Assembly: GCA_012295275.1 (NCBI GenBank)
Contig: CM022671.1
Span: forward strand, 12,958,001 to 13,022,000
From: Chrysomallon squamiferum
Taxonomy: Eukaryota > Animalia > Mollusca
Reading direction: 5' to 3'
Length of the DNA: 64,000 nucleotides
A program made the position numbers and the translations under genes. Shown here piece by piece: positions 29,612 through 43,300 of the stretch. The notes beneath the pieces were generated by a model. It saw only the letters and a list, made by a program, of their open reading frames with translations, was not told the DNA's origin and ran no database searches. How positions within the stretch are numbered: the stretch's first letter is position 1; each line of letters begins with the position of its first letter.

Positions 29612-32600
29612 AGTGATATCGACTATAGTTCAAATAATCGGCTGAATGAGAAATCAGCACAACAATCTAATGCAAATCACATATTTGACTTACAGGTATT
29701 TTTTTCTTACCTGGCCATTAATTTTTTATTATTATTATTATTTCAATAACAGTTTTAAAAAGAGGAAATCTTTATGAATGTATTATTTTATTCCTCCTAA
29801 CTCAGCCTCTAAAACTAACAATGTTGAACCTAGCCATATCTTTAATGTGGAAGGTGGAATGGATGAAATTATAAGTAATTAATTATATATATCATAAATT
29901 ATACATTGTATGAGAAAAATATAATTCTTAAAGTAAAAGTAATAGGTTTGAAGATGTCAAATATATGTATTTATTATTGTTTTAGAAACATATTATTGCC
30001 ACAGTAAAGTTAAACAAAATAATATATACATTTTGATTTTGTTATTTTCAATAGTTAACTTTTACCAAACTTTTGAGGTTTGTAACTTAGAATATCATAT
30101 TTAGAGTGGAAACAGAAACACAGGATTACAAAAAGCCAGCCAGTATTGATGAAAGTGCTAAAAATGCAAGGAAATCAGAAAATGTCAAACAGAATCATGG
30201 TTTGGATGAGTCATTTGACTGGTATGAGAAGTGTTACATGCAGGAAAGAAACAATGGTAATAACACACACATGCATATATAATACAAACACTGACAAATA
30301 CATACACTTCTGAGACGTGCAATAATTCTCATTGTAGTTAAATAATTGTCAAGTATTAACTATCAGATGTTGTACATATATTTTCCAACTGGCAAAACAA
30401 TGCCATAGACTTCCAGTGATAAGAATGGAAACAAGCTCAGTTGACCATATAATATGGAGATTAATTGTACCAGACTAATTTTAATAATATGAGCATTCCC
30501 ACTGAGTTTTGATTCAATAACAAGAAGTTAGTTAATGAATAATAATAATAATAATATATAAACATTTTGTGTACAAGGTTTGATCACTGCTGATCAGAAA
30601 CTGAAAGCAGACAATGGTTTTGGTTACAGCAGTGCCATATACACTAGACAGAATGCCAATGGCAACCAGTATGGATATGAATGCCCTGAAGAACGAGATT
30701 AATATGCGTACTGCAATCCAACACCAATGAAAGATATTGCTGAGTTTGCAGAAAGGAAGACAATGTGCAGGTAGATAATTCTGGAATAGTATGTAAAAAA
30801 AATCTAAGGTTAAACATTACCTCCATAATGCATGCAGAAATGTTAAGTGAATAGAAAATATGTAATTATCATGTCATTTGTTGCAGGCAGACAGGTTTGT
30901 TAAAAATTATCATGTTGCATATAATAGGTAGGTAGATAAGTTAAAGAAATTAACATGCATATTATAAGCAGGTGAATTAGGTTAAAATTAACCATGTTTT
31001 ATGTTGCAGATATTTCAATATTTGTCAGAAAATGAGTTCTCTAAATGAATCACTATTAATAAAAGATTAAAAATATTTTCTAACAGTTGTTTTCATATTT
31101 ATTTTATAATGCCTATTTTATTTAATAAACTAGTTTTGTCATTTAATTTGATGGTGCCTTCACTAAAATAATCAGTGAAGTCAATTTTTCTTGCAGTCAC
31201 TATCAGACTATAAGTTTCAATAACTAATTTAAGAAAGCCACAGGTGAGATAGATCATTTTTAAAAAATGTATTATTATTAATATTATTATTATTATTATT
31301 GTTTGTTTTTTTTTCATTAAAAAAAAAAAGAAGAAAAGAAGGGGAAAAATATCCTACAATATATAATGATATAATGATAATTTTTCAAGTTCACCTTTTT
31401 GGTGTTATTATCAGTTTTCATGTTTCATTTTGCTTATTCAAATCATAAAGAACAAATGTATTTATTTCTCAGTATTCCTGGATGGACTGTTAATATGTAG
31501 CATAAACTTGAAAAAGTGACATGTGAATGTACTAGAATCTTGCACTAGAAAACTGACTAATGACATGTGTAACATGATGAGAAAGTTTCTACCATCCAGC
31601 TTTATACAGTTTTTCAAATAACACAAAAAAATGTTTAGAGAACACTAACATGATTTGTTGTTGTTTGTATTATTTGTTTTCAAAATCCAAACTATACTTA
31701 TTATTTTGGTCTGTTCCCTTGAATTTCAAGAAAAGAAAATTTTACACTGCAGTTATGCAATTATTACTGTTGTTATTGTTCTTCATCTTCTTCTACTTCT
31801 TCTTATTATTATTAAATTCAGAGTTTAGAAATAAAGCATCTTGTGTACAAGCAAACAAAGATGGACTGAATATGTGTGGGCAATATCCTGGGATACACAA
31901 GATTTCAGAAAGAAAGAATGCCTGGTTGAGCTTGACCAACCTTTCTGTACTGATGCATATTGGTCCAAGTAAAATATGAATACTGGTAATTGCAAAAACA
32001 AAATTTGAAAAGTGATCTGACATTCAGTGTTATAGACAGTTTATCTGATAAATTAATGTGCGGTCTGCAAAAAAAAAAAAAATAATAATAATAATCTGCA
32101 GCCATATTGGAGAAATTTTGACATGCAATAACCTTGTTGATCTTTGTTCTTTTTTTTGCTGCAAAGCTTTTAGTTCACTTCCCTGTAACACATTCATTTT
32201 TACAAAAGTATATTTTGGGGGTTTTGTTACCAAATTACATTTAATGTTTTCAGAATGATAAAAAATAAACATTGTTAATTTCTTTATTTTTGTGACCAGA
32301 TCAAACCATCTAGGTAATGGTCAGGATGGTAAAACATTGAACTTCACCTGGATTCTTCCTCATTTTCCATCTGGTAAAACACAGCGGTGTGTGTTTAGAA
32401 TGAGGTAATAGATTTTTCTTTCAAATATTCTAAAGAACAAAAGAAAATAATTCAATTTTGTAAAATATAAAAGTTTTCCTGAAGTACAGAAACAAACTTT
32501 TTCTCCTTAGTTTAAATCATTTCACGTAATGAAGATACTTTTATAGTTTTTGTTTCCTTGATCTGTATGCATCCACTAAGCTTATAAATTGTTTAAGCAG

Positions 32601-35600
32601 AGTACAACATTTTAATTATGTAAAAATATTTCATATTGTTAGTATCTTATTTACATCTAATGTTAAATTTCAACAGATGACTATGATCCATACAATACAG
32701 ATTACAGACAAATGAAGCAAAGTAAGTCTTTCCATTTAAATAGATATTTAACATCTAAATTAGTACTTTCTTTGAGCTTCCTGCCTTATCTGGTATGTTA
32801 TTTCATATTAATATGAGTGTTTCAGCCCTTCTGATCAGTCAAAAGTAATAATGATACACAGGTAAACAATTAGTTTAGTTACTACTGTGCTGACATTAGC
32901 ACACTGGGTTTAGCCAGTTACTGTCTCTTCACTCTAAGACATAGGTGATTATTTTGTTTGTAAGTTCTCATAATAAACACTTAATTAAACTCAAATTTAG
33001 GAATATAAACAAAACAAACTATATACAACAATAGTACAATATATTCTGTGTGTCCAAGTAGCAGTGGTCTTGCTCATATGCTGAATAAAGTATATACTAA
33101 TAATTTTTATTTAATTAATTTGATTTTTAAAACTTTGTTTATTTTTTTTATTGAAGTATTGAATAGTTCCATCAGAGAAAATATCAACAATGGTTAGATA
33201 TAAGGTAATGTTTGTTTGCAGTTAAATCACAGCAAGTACAAAACTAAGAAAAAACAATTTCATCTTTCTGCTTCAAATAGGAGATTTATCACATCTATGC
33301 CTTTAATTGCCTTTAGTCTCATGATTACAGACATTTTATTTCCCTTAATTATACCTGCAACACCTTTTTCTTTAAGAGGGACCTAAGGATAAGCTGAGTT
33401 TTTATATAGCTGGTTAACTGTAAAATGCTTGTAGTCCTTTGAAATAATATATATAGCCCCGAATTTTTAATTTGTTGCTGCTAATTATTTAAAATACTTA
33501 AAATATTTAAAAATCAATGTACATTTGTATAGACAGTGATACAGTGTTATTTAAACATGTTAGATCCATTTCATCCCTTTTAACCACCTTAAAATGTAAT
33601 AATATGTCTCTAAAAAATATTATAGGCCAGTCAGTTTTCAAGATATCAACAAACATTCTGTATTTTTTTTTTTAACTGTATCAGATTATATAAAATATCA
33701 TATTTCAGTTTTTAATGCAGCAGAAAACTTGTTGTGGAGTGACTCACAAATGTCAAATTCTTTTTTAAAAAGAACAAAGAAACAGAAAGATATCATCTGT
33801 TTCATTTTGGTTAATATTAAAAAAACACAATAACATCTCCAAAATATAAACAGCAAGATTTCTGTTTTGTAAGTTCATCATTTTAAAAAATGAGATCATT
33901 CCTAAGGTCAGATATCATTTAATAGCAAAATGTTCATAACATTAACAAATTTTAATTCTCAGAGTATTTCATATTATTTCAGTTCACACAAATCTCCATT
34001 ATATAACAATCCCTATGTTGCTGTAGGTGGTAGACATTCTCCATTATGACTGGCCATCAACACTGCCCAATATGGGCGTGTATTCCAGGATTGTAGGCAT
34101 TTGTTTTTATTCAGACCTTGACCACAGGCACTAAACAAAGACAAAATATTTAATCTCAATGTCAGAGGAAATCCTGGAAACATTGTACAGGTGTATCCAG
34201 CAGTAGAGCATGATTTTGCACCTACTGACCTGTATATTAATAAAAGTGACCTGGTTCATATACAGTGGACAGTTATTTTGATTTTGATTTATGATCAGTA
34301 TAATTAAATATTTCAGGATAAAATGTAATAATGACACTAACAGCAGTTTTGTGTTTTAATGTTATTGTTTAATCCAGAAGAAATATGAAATATCCAACTT
34401 TTTTTTATCCACTAGTTTGGTTAAGAAAACAACACTAATTAAATTAATTCATATTATATTTTAATACTTTCCACACTCTGAATGTAAAAAATAAATATAA
34501 TGTGGCCAAGTGCATAAAACATACAGAAACTAACCAGTTCAATCTTGATTACATTAATTGTTTAATTCACAATGATAACATAATATAATAGACAATGTGT
34601 AATATAATGTATAGATAGAACTGGCCCAAAATGTCTTCCCCTCTTCTGTTGAACTGTTTTTAACCCCAGTCACTGGGATATCATCCCATAAGCCTGACCA
34701 ATACTGGCAGGCTGTTACTGTTTTGGGTTCCTTAAAATAGCACTGGTGATAATGTTTACCTATATTAATGTCACAAGTGTCTTGGAGGTTTTTCCCTCAC
34801 AAACTTTTCTGCTCAATGTTTACATTCTCAAAACATTCATAACATTATTAAACATGATGACATTCATAGTTTTTTAATTTCAGCCAAATAGCTGTAGACA
34901 CAAAGTTTACAACTCAATCATGAAATGGTTCATTCTAAACATAGACTAAAGTGTTTATCAGTATCTAATTCATAGGTCAGTATCCCAGATTACCTTCCAA
35001 ACTACATTCAAGCTTAGTATTTGGGTCTGTTCGCAACCACAATTCTTCTATCAATTCTTCTTATTTGCCTAGTAGCTTGATGTTCAGTTCAAAATATCCA
35101 CATTAGTGAATATCCAATCAATTGGCAGCTTTAAATGAGACCCATCTTTATTTCACAAGTTCAGTTCCAAGTGGAGCAAGGATAATGTTGAAGAAATCCT
35201 AATTTATAGTAATGAACCAGTAATCTAACAAATAACCTCCCATGTTAAACAAAAGATTATTCTGGGTGCTGTTGCTGAATCCCACAGAGTAAAAAAGAGG
35301 AATATTCTAAGTGAATAAAAGTTGAATAAAAGACAAAACTACTTGAAAATGGATATTATGTTTCATGTTGATTTATTTTTAGGTTCTAATACACACAATA
35401 ATGGAAACCCAGCTGGTGATGGACAATGAGGCAGTGATGGTGAAGGAAAAAAAGGTTATTTTATTGGGGGTTTTTTTGTGGGGGTTATTTTCTAGGAAGT
35501 TGTGTGGGTTATTTTATTACATTTTATTAATATTATAATTACACATTCATTTTATTTTATTTATTATTATATCAATACTATTTTATTATTATTGTTATTT

Positions 35601-35776
35601 TTATTGTTGTTTGATGTATTGATTATTGTTTATTTATTTCACTTGTTAATTTATATAAGCATACATACATATTTATTTTAAATATTACATTTCACTCTAT
35701 TTCTATTTTCATTATTTAATTTCTTACATTTTTATTTAAACTTTATAATTTATTTTAATTTTATACATTATTTCAG

Positions 35777-35827
<51 letters not shown>

Positions 35828-36638
35828 TTCACTTTTATTCCAATACTTTTATTTTTTGAGATGTGATACATAATTATGTGATTTTTACTTTTTCTTGTTC
35901 TAGTCTTTCAGAATTTCGGTGTCTTATTTTAATTAATATTTATTCAATTTTATTTTTTTATTTAACATTTTTTTCAGGTACAGACAGAAACAATCTTGTT
36001 CAAATCCCTGACAGAAATGACAATGTTTTTCTCCCATTTGAAAAGACATCATGTGGACAGATGCTGAAGTGAAGTGGATTTATCATGGAGAAGAGAATGT
36101 TTTGTCATGAACTTACAAAATAGATAACATGTATTTTCATTTTATTTTCTAAACATAATCACTGATTAATACATGTAATAAATATTTTATATTCTTTTAC
36201 TGATATATAAACAGGATGTTTATTTCCCAATCATATATTACAAAATATTTAATAAGGATATTTACATATTTTCTTGTTACTGTTTACCTTAAATTTAAAT
36301 ATTTGATTATTTGTTTATACTGATATTAATAATCATAAAGCCATGTAATGTGTACAAAAACTATAAAATTTTACTACTTAAAGTGAACTTCCATAATTAT
36401 TTTTACACACATTTTTCTCTTGAATTACAGATGTATAACAAGAAGTACATGATCAAAGTCTACTAACAAAGACAACTCAGTGGAGACGAAGGACATGCTG
36501 AACAATCTTCTAGACACTGCTCCAGCATCATATGAGGGTATTGTTGTCAGATTCAAGAAAGGAACATACCATTTCATGTATACTCAAAACAACAATTACA
36601 CTAATCGCAGTCAAAAAGGAACTATCGTTGTCATTTAA
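29612..36638 (+). pseudogene. DD3-3-family pseudogene, copy B (no TM segment; presumably secreted)
   Basis: Exon relics: ~29612-29695 (SNNRLNEKSAQQSNANHIFDLQ); ~30106-30256 (GLDESFDWYEKCY..ERN); 30578-30770 ([23 protein letters not shown]); ~31822-31968; 32300-32404 (NHLGNG..TWILPHFPSG..RCVFRMR); ~32664-32721 (STDDYDPYNTD); 33983-34272 (L*LAINTAQYGRVFQD, NLNVRG..NIVQVYPAVE, VHIQWT); 35383-35454 (GSNTHNNG..GDGQ*); 35978-~36110 (GTDRNNLVQ); 36431-36638 (APASYEG..GTYHFM..NNNYTNRSQKGTIVV*). Stops at 30700, 34047, 34119 and 35427. Confidence 0.9.
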
Positions 36639-36890
36639 TAGTAATAAAATGGAACTAGTGTTGTTGATTAATAGTTAGAAAGGTACCATTTCACATAATG
36701 GTCAAAACAGAACTATCATTTCATATTATAGTCAGAAATTAATCATAAACATTATCAGTAGCTAGAAATGAACTATCCTTATCAGTTAACAGGAAGAAAC
36801 TGTTATTGTCAATTATAGTAATTAAGAGTCATTACTGTTAGTTAATTGTCCGAAAGGAACTATTGTCAGTTAATAAGTCAGAACTATATT
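36605..36890 (+). repeat. Degenerate ~30-bp tandem repeat starting in the last codons of DD3-3 copy B
   Basis: About 8-9 diverged units resembling AGTCAGAAAGGAACTATCGTTGTCAGTTAAT. Confidence 0.7.
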
Positions 36891-37963
36891 GAAATCAATG
36901 CAGATAAGCATAGACCTATTTATCTCAATATATTTCCTGTTTAGAAACCACTGAAAACTATTTTAACAAAAAATATTCTTACCTAATTAATAGTCAAAAA
37001 TGCACTGACATTATATTACCATTTTATTAATGTGTTAATTCAAGAGTGTTCAGCAAATCAGGTAAAATCTTTCTGAGAAGTTAGGTTTCAGTTTAAGTAA
37101 GTTATGGCCTTTGGAAATGAGAAATGTATCATTTATTGTTTACAGAAAAACATTACATTAACAACAGTCAACTTTAACCAGTAAAAGCAAATAAAGAAAT
37201 TGAAAAAAGAAAAAAAAAAGGCATAGAAAGATTGATAATACACTGTTAATTTTATTTTCTTCAGAAAACTCATGAACAATATCAGTAGTCTTTATTTTTC
37301 AGTATAAATTATTCTCGTCTTAATTGTTCCATAACTTGTTATGTTGTTTATTGTTTACAGTATCTTTTTCTACTCTATACTGTTTATTATATTTCATGTT
37401 AACTGTATTCAGTTATTTATACTTTGTAATCTGATATTTCAAAATATATTAAACATTTAGCTCAAGATTCCTATAACATTCCTATTGGATGGATTTGTTA
37501 TTTATTTGTCAGATCAGTATATATACCTTCATAAACTATTTAAAAAAAATAATGACAACAAAAATAATAATAATAATAGGAAAACTTACTTCACGGACTA
37601 TGAATATTTCTTTTGTTAACCAGTGACTCTGAATTTACTACTGCACTGAATTTTCACTGATTGATAGTATTTAACTTATTTCAAGACAGTGTAAAATAAC
37701 ATTAAAAAATTCTCTTCACATTATTATAATATATTGTTTGATTTGATCTTGGATTTCTTTTTTAAAAGCTATTTGATATGTTTTTGGAAGCATTAATTAT
37801 TAACATCAAATATTTATTAAAGAATTCAGTAAATAAATAGAGATTATTTTAATGATCCAATGTGTATGTATGTGTGTGTGGTATTATATGTGAGTTGTTT
37901 TTATTGTTTGTTGTGAGTTGTAAAGAATTTAAGAAATAACTGTAGATTAAGTTTGTATGTGTG

Positions 37964-38231
37964 CAGTGGTGTGCAGAGGGGGGCCAAAGGGGTGGTGGCT
38001 CTGGGCATCCAAAAATGGGGGGGCATCCAATCAGAGAAAAGAACTTAATAAAATTTGGTTGATTTATATTTAAATCAAATAAAATGTAATTTTACATTTC
38101 ATCTGTAGTTACATATTCAGAATATCTTTCTTTCTCATAATATTTCTTAGTACTTGGCCTTAAACTTGAGTCTTTGGGGCACACAATCAAGGAGTTGGCC
38201 CTGGGCATCACCAGACCTCTGCACCCCTCTA
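37964..38231. mobile_element. Short hAT-type MITE
   Basis: Termini CAGTGGTGTGCAGAG ... CTCTGCACCCCTCT, internal CTGGGCATC repeats and a possible 8-bp TSD TATGTGTG. Confidence 0.6.
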
Positions 38232-38979
38232 TGTGTGAATGTATTATTAAAAATGAGTTGTTTTTATACAGAACAATTTATTATATCTTTGACTAAATTA
38301 AAAATAATAATAATGATTATTATAATATATAAATATTTTGGATTTCTTTCCCTAAACTTGTATAATAAGTTAATCTGTGTAACACAATGGTTCCCAAATT
38401 TTTGTGGTTAGCAACCCTTTGACCATCGACTTTTCTCACTGGTTAATTTCTAGTTGTAAAAAATTAATGAACTAATTCATTATTTTTCAGTAAGAAAATA
38501 CAACAAAAAAAATTGAATAATTGAAATGGCTAATTTTGAAACAAATTTCGTTCACAATTGATTATCTGTTTATTTGAATGACTGTAATTCATTTTTAGTT
38601 AGTAGAAAGTTTAAAGAATTAATTTTTAATTTTTATTTTTACATATACAATTCTTCAAATGTTTTTAATTTTTTTAAACAAGAAAATAAAGAGATGATAA
38701 GTATACATCGTAGAATATGATTTTTTTGTTGTTTTTATATATTATTTAAGCATTAATTAGATGAGCAAGATCTAATCTAATGTGTGAAAAGATAAAAACG
38801 AAAATATTGTTTTTCTGTTTTCCTTTTTTTCTTGTTCTTTTTTCTTTTCTTCATTTCTTCTTTTCTTTTCAAATTAAAAAAATAAAATTGATTATTTACG
38901 AATGATAAGAATTAGTTCAGAGTTAATTCTGTATCAATATTTAATTAGTAATAAAATAATAATAATAAATAGATAAATT

Positions 38980-39021
<42 letters not shown>

Positions 39022-39059
39022 CAATTAAATAAACGGCTAGTTTATCTTATAACTAATTC

Positions 39060-39430
39060 ACTGATTATATTTTTTTGCAAATGACGTTTCAGTTATTTAT
39101 GTGACACAGAGGGCGACACCGTCGCAGGTATGTCCCAGATTTCTTGTTATTTTCAGTGGAAGCAAACATTTGAACCGCCATATTAAGATAAGGTGACGAT
39201 CAAGCATAAGGTAAGATAAATGAAAGCGAGGTGTCATCGCACAGATACAAATGCAAACTCAGTACAAATATTCGCATGTCCAGGGCCTTATTTTACTTGT
39301 CACTGAATTGTTATCGAAGATTTAGAATTAGAGAAACTTATAAAATGATCGATTCAACCATGTACTGAGGTAGCTTCCGGAAATCGATGCCGTTTAATGA
39401 GTCATTTGTGATTAATTACAAACCGAAATT
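39060..39430 (+). promoter_or_regulatory. Probable contactin promoter / non-coding first exon
   Basis: Local CpG enrichment about 1 kb upstream of the ATG exon, donor-like sites CAG|GTATGT (~39127) and AAG|GTAAGA (~39210), and TGACGT, TTCCGGAA and TGAGTCA motifs. Confidence 0.5.
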
Positions 39431-40367
39431 AATAGAATTAAACAATCTTTGATATAATATTATCTGACATATTTTAATTTGATTATTTGAAAAACCTTTT
39501 GTCATTAATTTAATAATTAACACTTACTTAACAATGAAAAATATTATATTTATAATGGTTACATTAAGCTGACACACAGTAAATAATGAAATAACTAGAC
39601 TGACAAGTACAAATAACAATATTGTAAATTAATAAATATGTATGAAAGGAAAAGTTTTTATTAACCTAGATAAAATGTGTAGTGAGATGTGAATAATAAT
39701 GATCATAATAATTCTGGAATAGAAGTAATTATAATTACACTACAATAGTAATAATTATAATAATACTGGAACAGAAAAAATCATAATATTTGAATGGTAA
39801 TAAATTAATAATTATCATAATACTGGAATTCATAATAATTGTTCAACTTAGTGATCATTATTATAAACATTAAAAATGGTTTTGTATATGAATATTATTT
39901 TTAAATAAATTAGGGACTGCATGCCTGTATACAGAAATTAATATTGGTTGGATGTGCAAACAACAGTCTGAAGACTGATTTGCTAAGCTGGACTTGGGTC
40001 ATGAACTCCCCTGAAATGTTTTAAAATCTGAAATGCAGCAGATGCATTTGCCTGCATTCTTGGAAACAATTGGCAAGGAAGATTATGAAGGTAGAACGGA
40101 TCTGCACAAAAATGTATGACACTGGTTACTTTAATACTTAGTATTATGACATGGGACCCTTCATAACTGCTAAAATGTCATACAGTTCCCCTTGTTGGAT
40201 TGTTTTTGTTATTGTTTTACACATCCACAGACGAGCTTGGCCTGTTGTATAAATAAATATTCTATATTGTACTGATTAATATTGTTGTAATGCAACTGGG
40301 ATAATGTTTTAGTATTAAACATGTATGATATGTTCTGTATTTTCTCTTTACAGACAGGGATGACATT

Positions 40368-43300
40368 ATGAAAAAACTCTTTATTTTCCTGTCTTTGACC
40401 TGTATTGTTTATTCAGCACAAGTGTTTAGTAAGTACAGTTTATTATCTGATTTTACAGATACACACGTGTCTGTTTACATATGTCATATATGTGTCGTGT
40501 GTGTGTGTATGCAACAACATCCAGTGTCAAATGATTATTCAGAATGAAAAAGATATTTTTAAAGTGAATAAAAAATCTGTCTTTTATAACTTTAAAAATT
40601 TAAACAAAACCATATACATGATATAGCTTACAATGACTAAAGATAAAAAAAATTGTTAATTAATTAAAAAAATTATTTGTGTCATGTATTTTTCCTTTAA
40701 AAATAAAAATGAATGTGTAATAATACATAATTAATTCATCATATATGAATAATGTCACAACTCCAGTGGTAAAGGGGTGAAATTGAAGTATTTTTAAATT
40801 TTTTATATAAAACCAACAGTTTTGTTTTATCATTGTACTTTCTTATCAGTGGTAATATTAAAACACTAAAATAATAATTTGCAAGCAAACAGTTTTATTT
40901 GACCATTTATTAGTTTGCTGCATGTACAGTTTAATAACAGATCTTTCCTGTATTAATTTAATATCTGTTTTAAATATGTTCTAAACAAATTCGATAGTAT
41001 AACTTACACTGCATTGTACAGACTGTGAACGGGACTGGAGATTGTATGATGAAGCAAGGAAATGCTACAAATTTGTTGCATTTCCACAACAATCTTACAG
41101 CAAAGCATGGCAAACATGTATGGTAAGTCATCCTGTATATAATAGGTTTTAAGTTTTGCAAAATATCATTTTATGTAATTTATCATAATTATGCATGCAT
41201 ATGGGAAATTTATTCAGAAACATTTTGATTAATGTTTCATAGATTTTTGTTAATAGATTATAGTTTTTCTTTTCTCTTCATTATTAATTTCTTTAAAATT
41301 TAATTTTCACTGAACAAATTTAAATTGGAATATTTAAAAAAAAATAACCTTAATATTGTTTTTATTAATGATAGTAGTGTTTTTGTATCTTAGATCCCAG
41401 CTTTTGATCCCATCAGTCTGTTAAGCTTAGACCATTTTTCAGGCCTAAAATATCATGATTTACGACAGTACCATCCATTAAGCTGACCTAAAAATATCTT
41501 AACTTTTCCCTGCAGAATACTTGGTAAAACTCAGGAAATAGCAAAGAATCACAACCAAATATCACACTTGTGAACCAGAAAGTGTTGTCATGGGAACAGT
41601 GAAAAGTATTTAAAAGACAACATTCCATTGTGAAACAAGATAAAATTACTAAAATAAATATTATTTAAACTGAAATACTTTGTTTTTATAATTCGTTGTT
41701 CATACCAATGTGTATTGTAAACTGTCAAGGGAGTTATAATGATCATTCACACATAATTGGCTCATACAAACTTAAATTAACTGTAATTAAAATTCATTGA
41801 AAATTTCAACTTGTCTGACATGTATTTTCACTCTAGGACTGCATGAGCTTAAATGCTTTTGACATTGTTTGATTACAGCTTGACCTCTACTGGCATATCG
41901 ACAACTGCAGACACTCTGAAATTTCTTCTCTGAGTAATTTAATTTTTAGACAGTGAAATAGCACCAGCTATTAAGCTAACCTAAACAAATAAGGGTTAAA
42001 ATATTAGTATCAGCTTAATGGCTGGGACCTGTGGTATAAGTATTCCAATTATGCTGCTGTTGTTGTTGTTAGCAATTTTAAAATATTTGTTTATTTCATA
42101 ATGTATACAGCAAGATGGGGCCTACCTAGTTAGTGTGAATACAGTTGGTGAACATGAGTTTATCACACAACAGCTGAGCACAGATCAAAGAAGGTTAATA
42201 TTTAAAAATATAAAATTATCTTTTAACACATTCCTGTTTCTATATTTTCCTGTTTGAGGCAAATAAAAGATTACTTGTTGCTAGTAGTGGTAATCTGAAA
42301 GAGTAACTTCTGATGTGACAACAGCAGGTTTCCTCTGTTGTTATCTGAGTTGTTCTCTGGCATTTCTGATGCCTTGTAACTAAATAAAAAGTGTTGAGTG
42401 AATTCTTAAATAGAACATCCTTTTTCCTTGCCTTCTTTCCTTAAAGTGTGTTTATGATTTAATATATTTTGCTATTCCTCTGAGTTACTGGGACATTTTT
42501 ATTGTGACTCTCCTTGCTGATAAACAGGTATGAAAAATTAACACAGAATCATAGGAACTTACAACAAGAATGTCTAAAAAAATATATAATTAGTTCATTT
42601 TGCAATGATTTACACAGTCTGTTATAGAATAGACTGTTTTTTAACATGTTTTGAATTTATTGCAGTACTACCGTATATACTTGTGTACAAGGCGACCTTA
42701 TGTATAAGTCGATGTGTATTTTAAGACCAAAAATTGCATCATTTTAGGTATTACTTGTGTATAAGTCGACTGTAGATTCCAGGCACCGTCACTATTTTTA
42801 GACCAGTGTGACAGTGCCATGAAGGCCTACATTGTACGCCTACTGTAACATAACTTGCATGAGCTGTAACTTGCACGAACATACCATAATAACGTAAATG
42901 CATGTATTACACGAGCTATAGCCTAAATGTATCATAAATAGTATCTCTTTAATGTAATAGGTCTAACATGGAGACCTAACTTACCGTTATATTTAGCCAT
43001 TGTATGATTTACAAAATTTTATGGCCATAGCCCTAAAATATTGTATATGATGCCAGGCAAACGAAATAAATATACTGCACAATTTAAGCTTGCAGTAATT
43101 AGATTTGCTGAAAATTCTAACAATATTATTTCACCAAATTCTTTACAATTACACAAGTGAGTTTTGTTTATGAAATTAGGACCGATATTTAGTGCAATTT
43201 GGCAGAGAAGTGTGCATTCCTAGATCATTGCAAGACGCCGTAAGGCATAACGCCGTACTGACAGTTTTCTCGCTTTAAAATGTATTTGTTTATCATTAAA

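Noticed and set aside
20532-36451. In-frame TGA codons in DD3-3 exons as selenocysteine or readthrough
   Set aside because: Most replace expected Arg or Trp codons. They co-occur with TAA/TAG stops, frameshifts, lost exons and broken splice donors, which indicates pseudogenisation.
36605-36890. ~30-bp periodic repeats as a CRISPR array
   Set aside because: The units are contiguous and degenerate with no unique spacers, there are no cas genes, and the context is eukaryotic.
39103-39120. CTCF-like site CACAGAGGGCGAC upstream of contactin
   Set aside because: The core matches but the 5' half fits poorly; a single short motif is insufficient.
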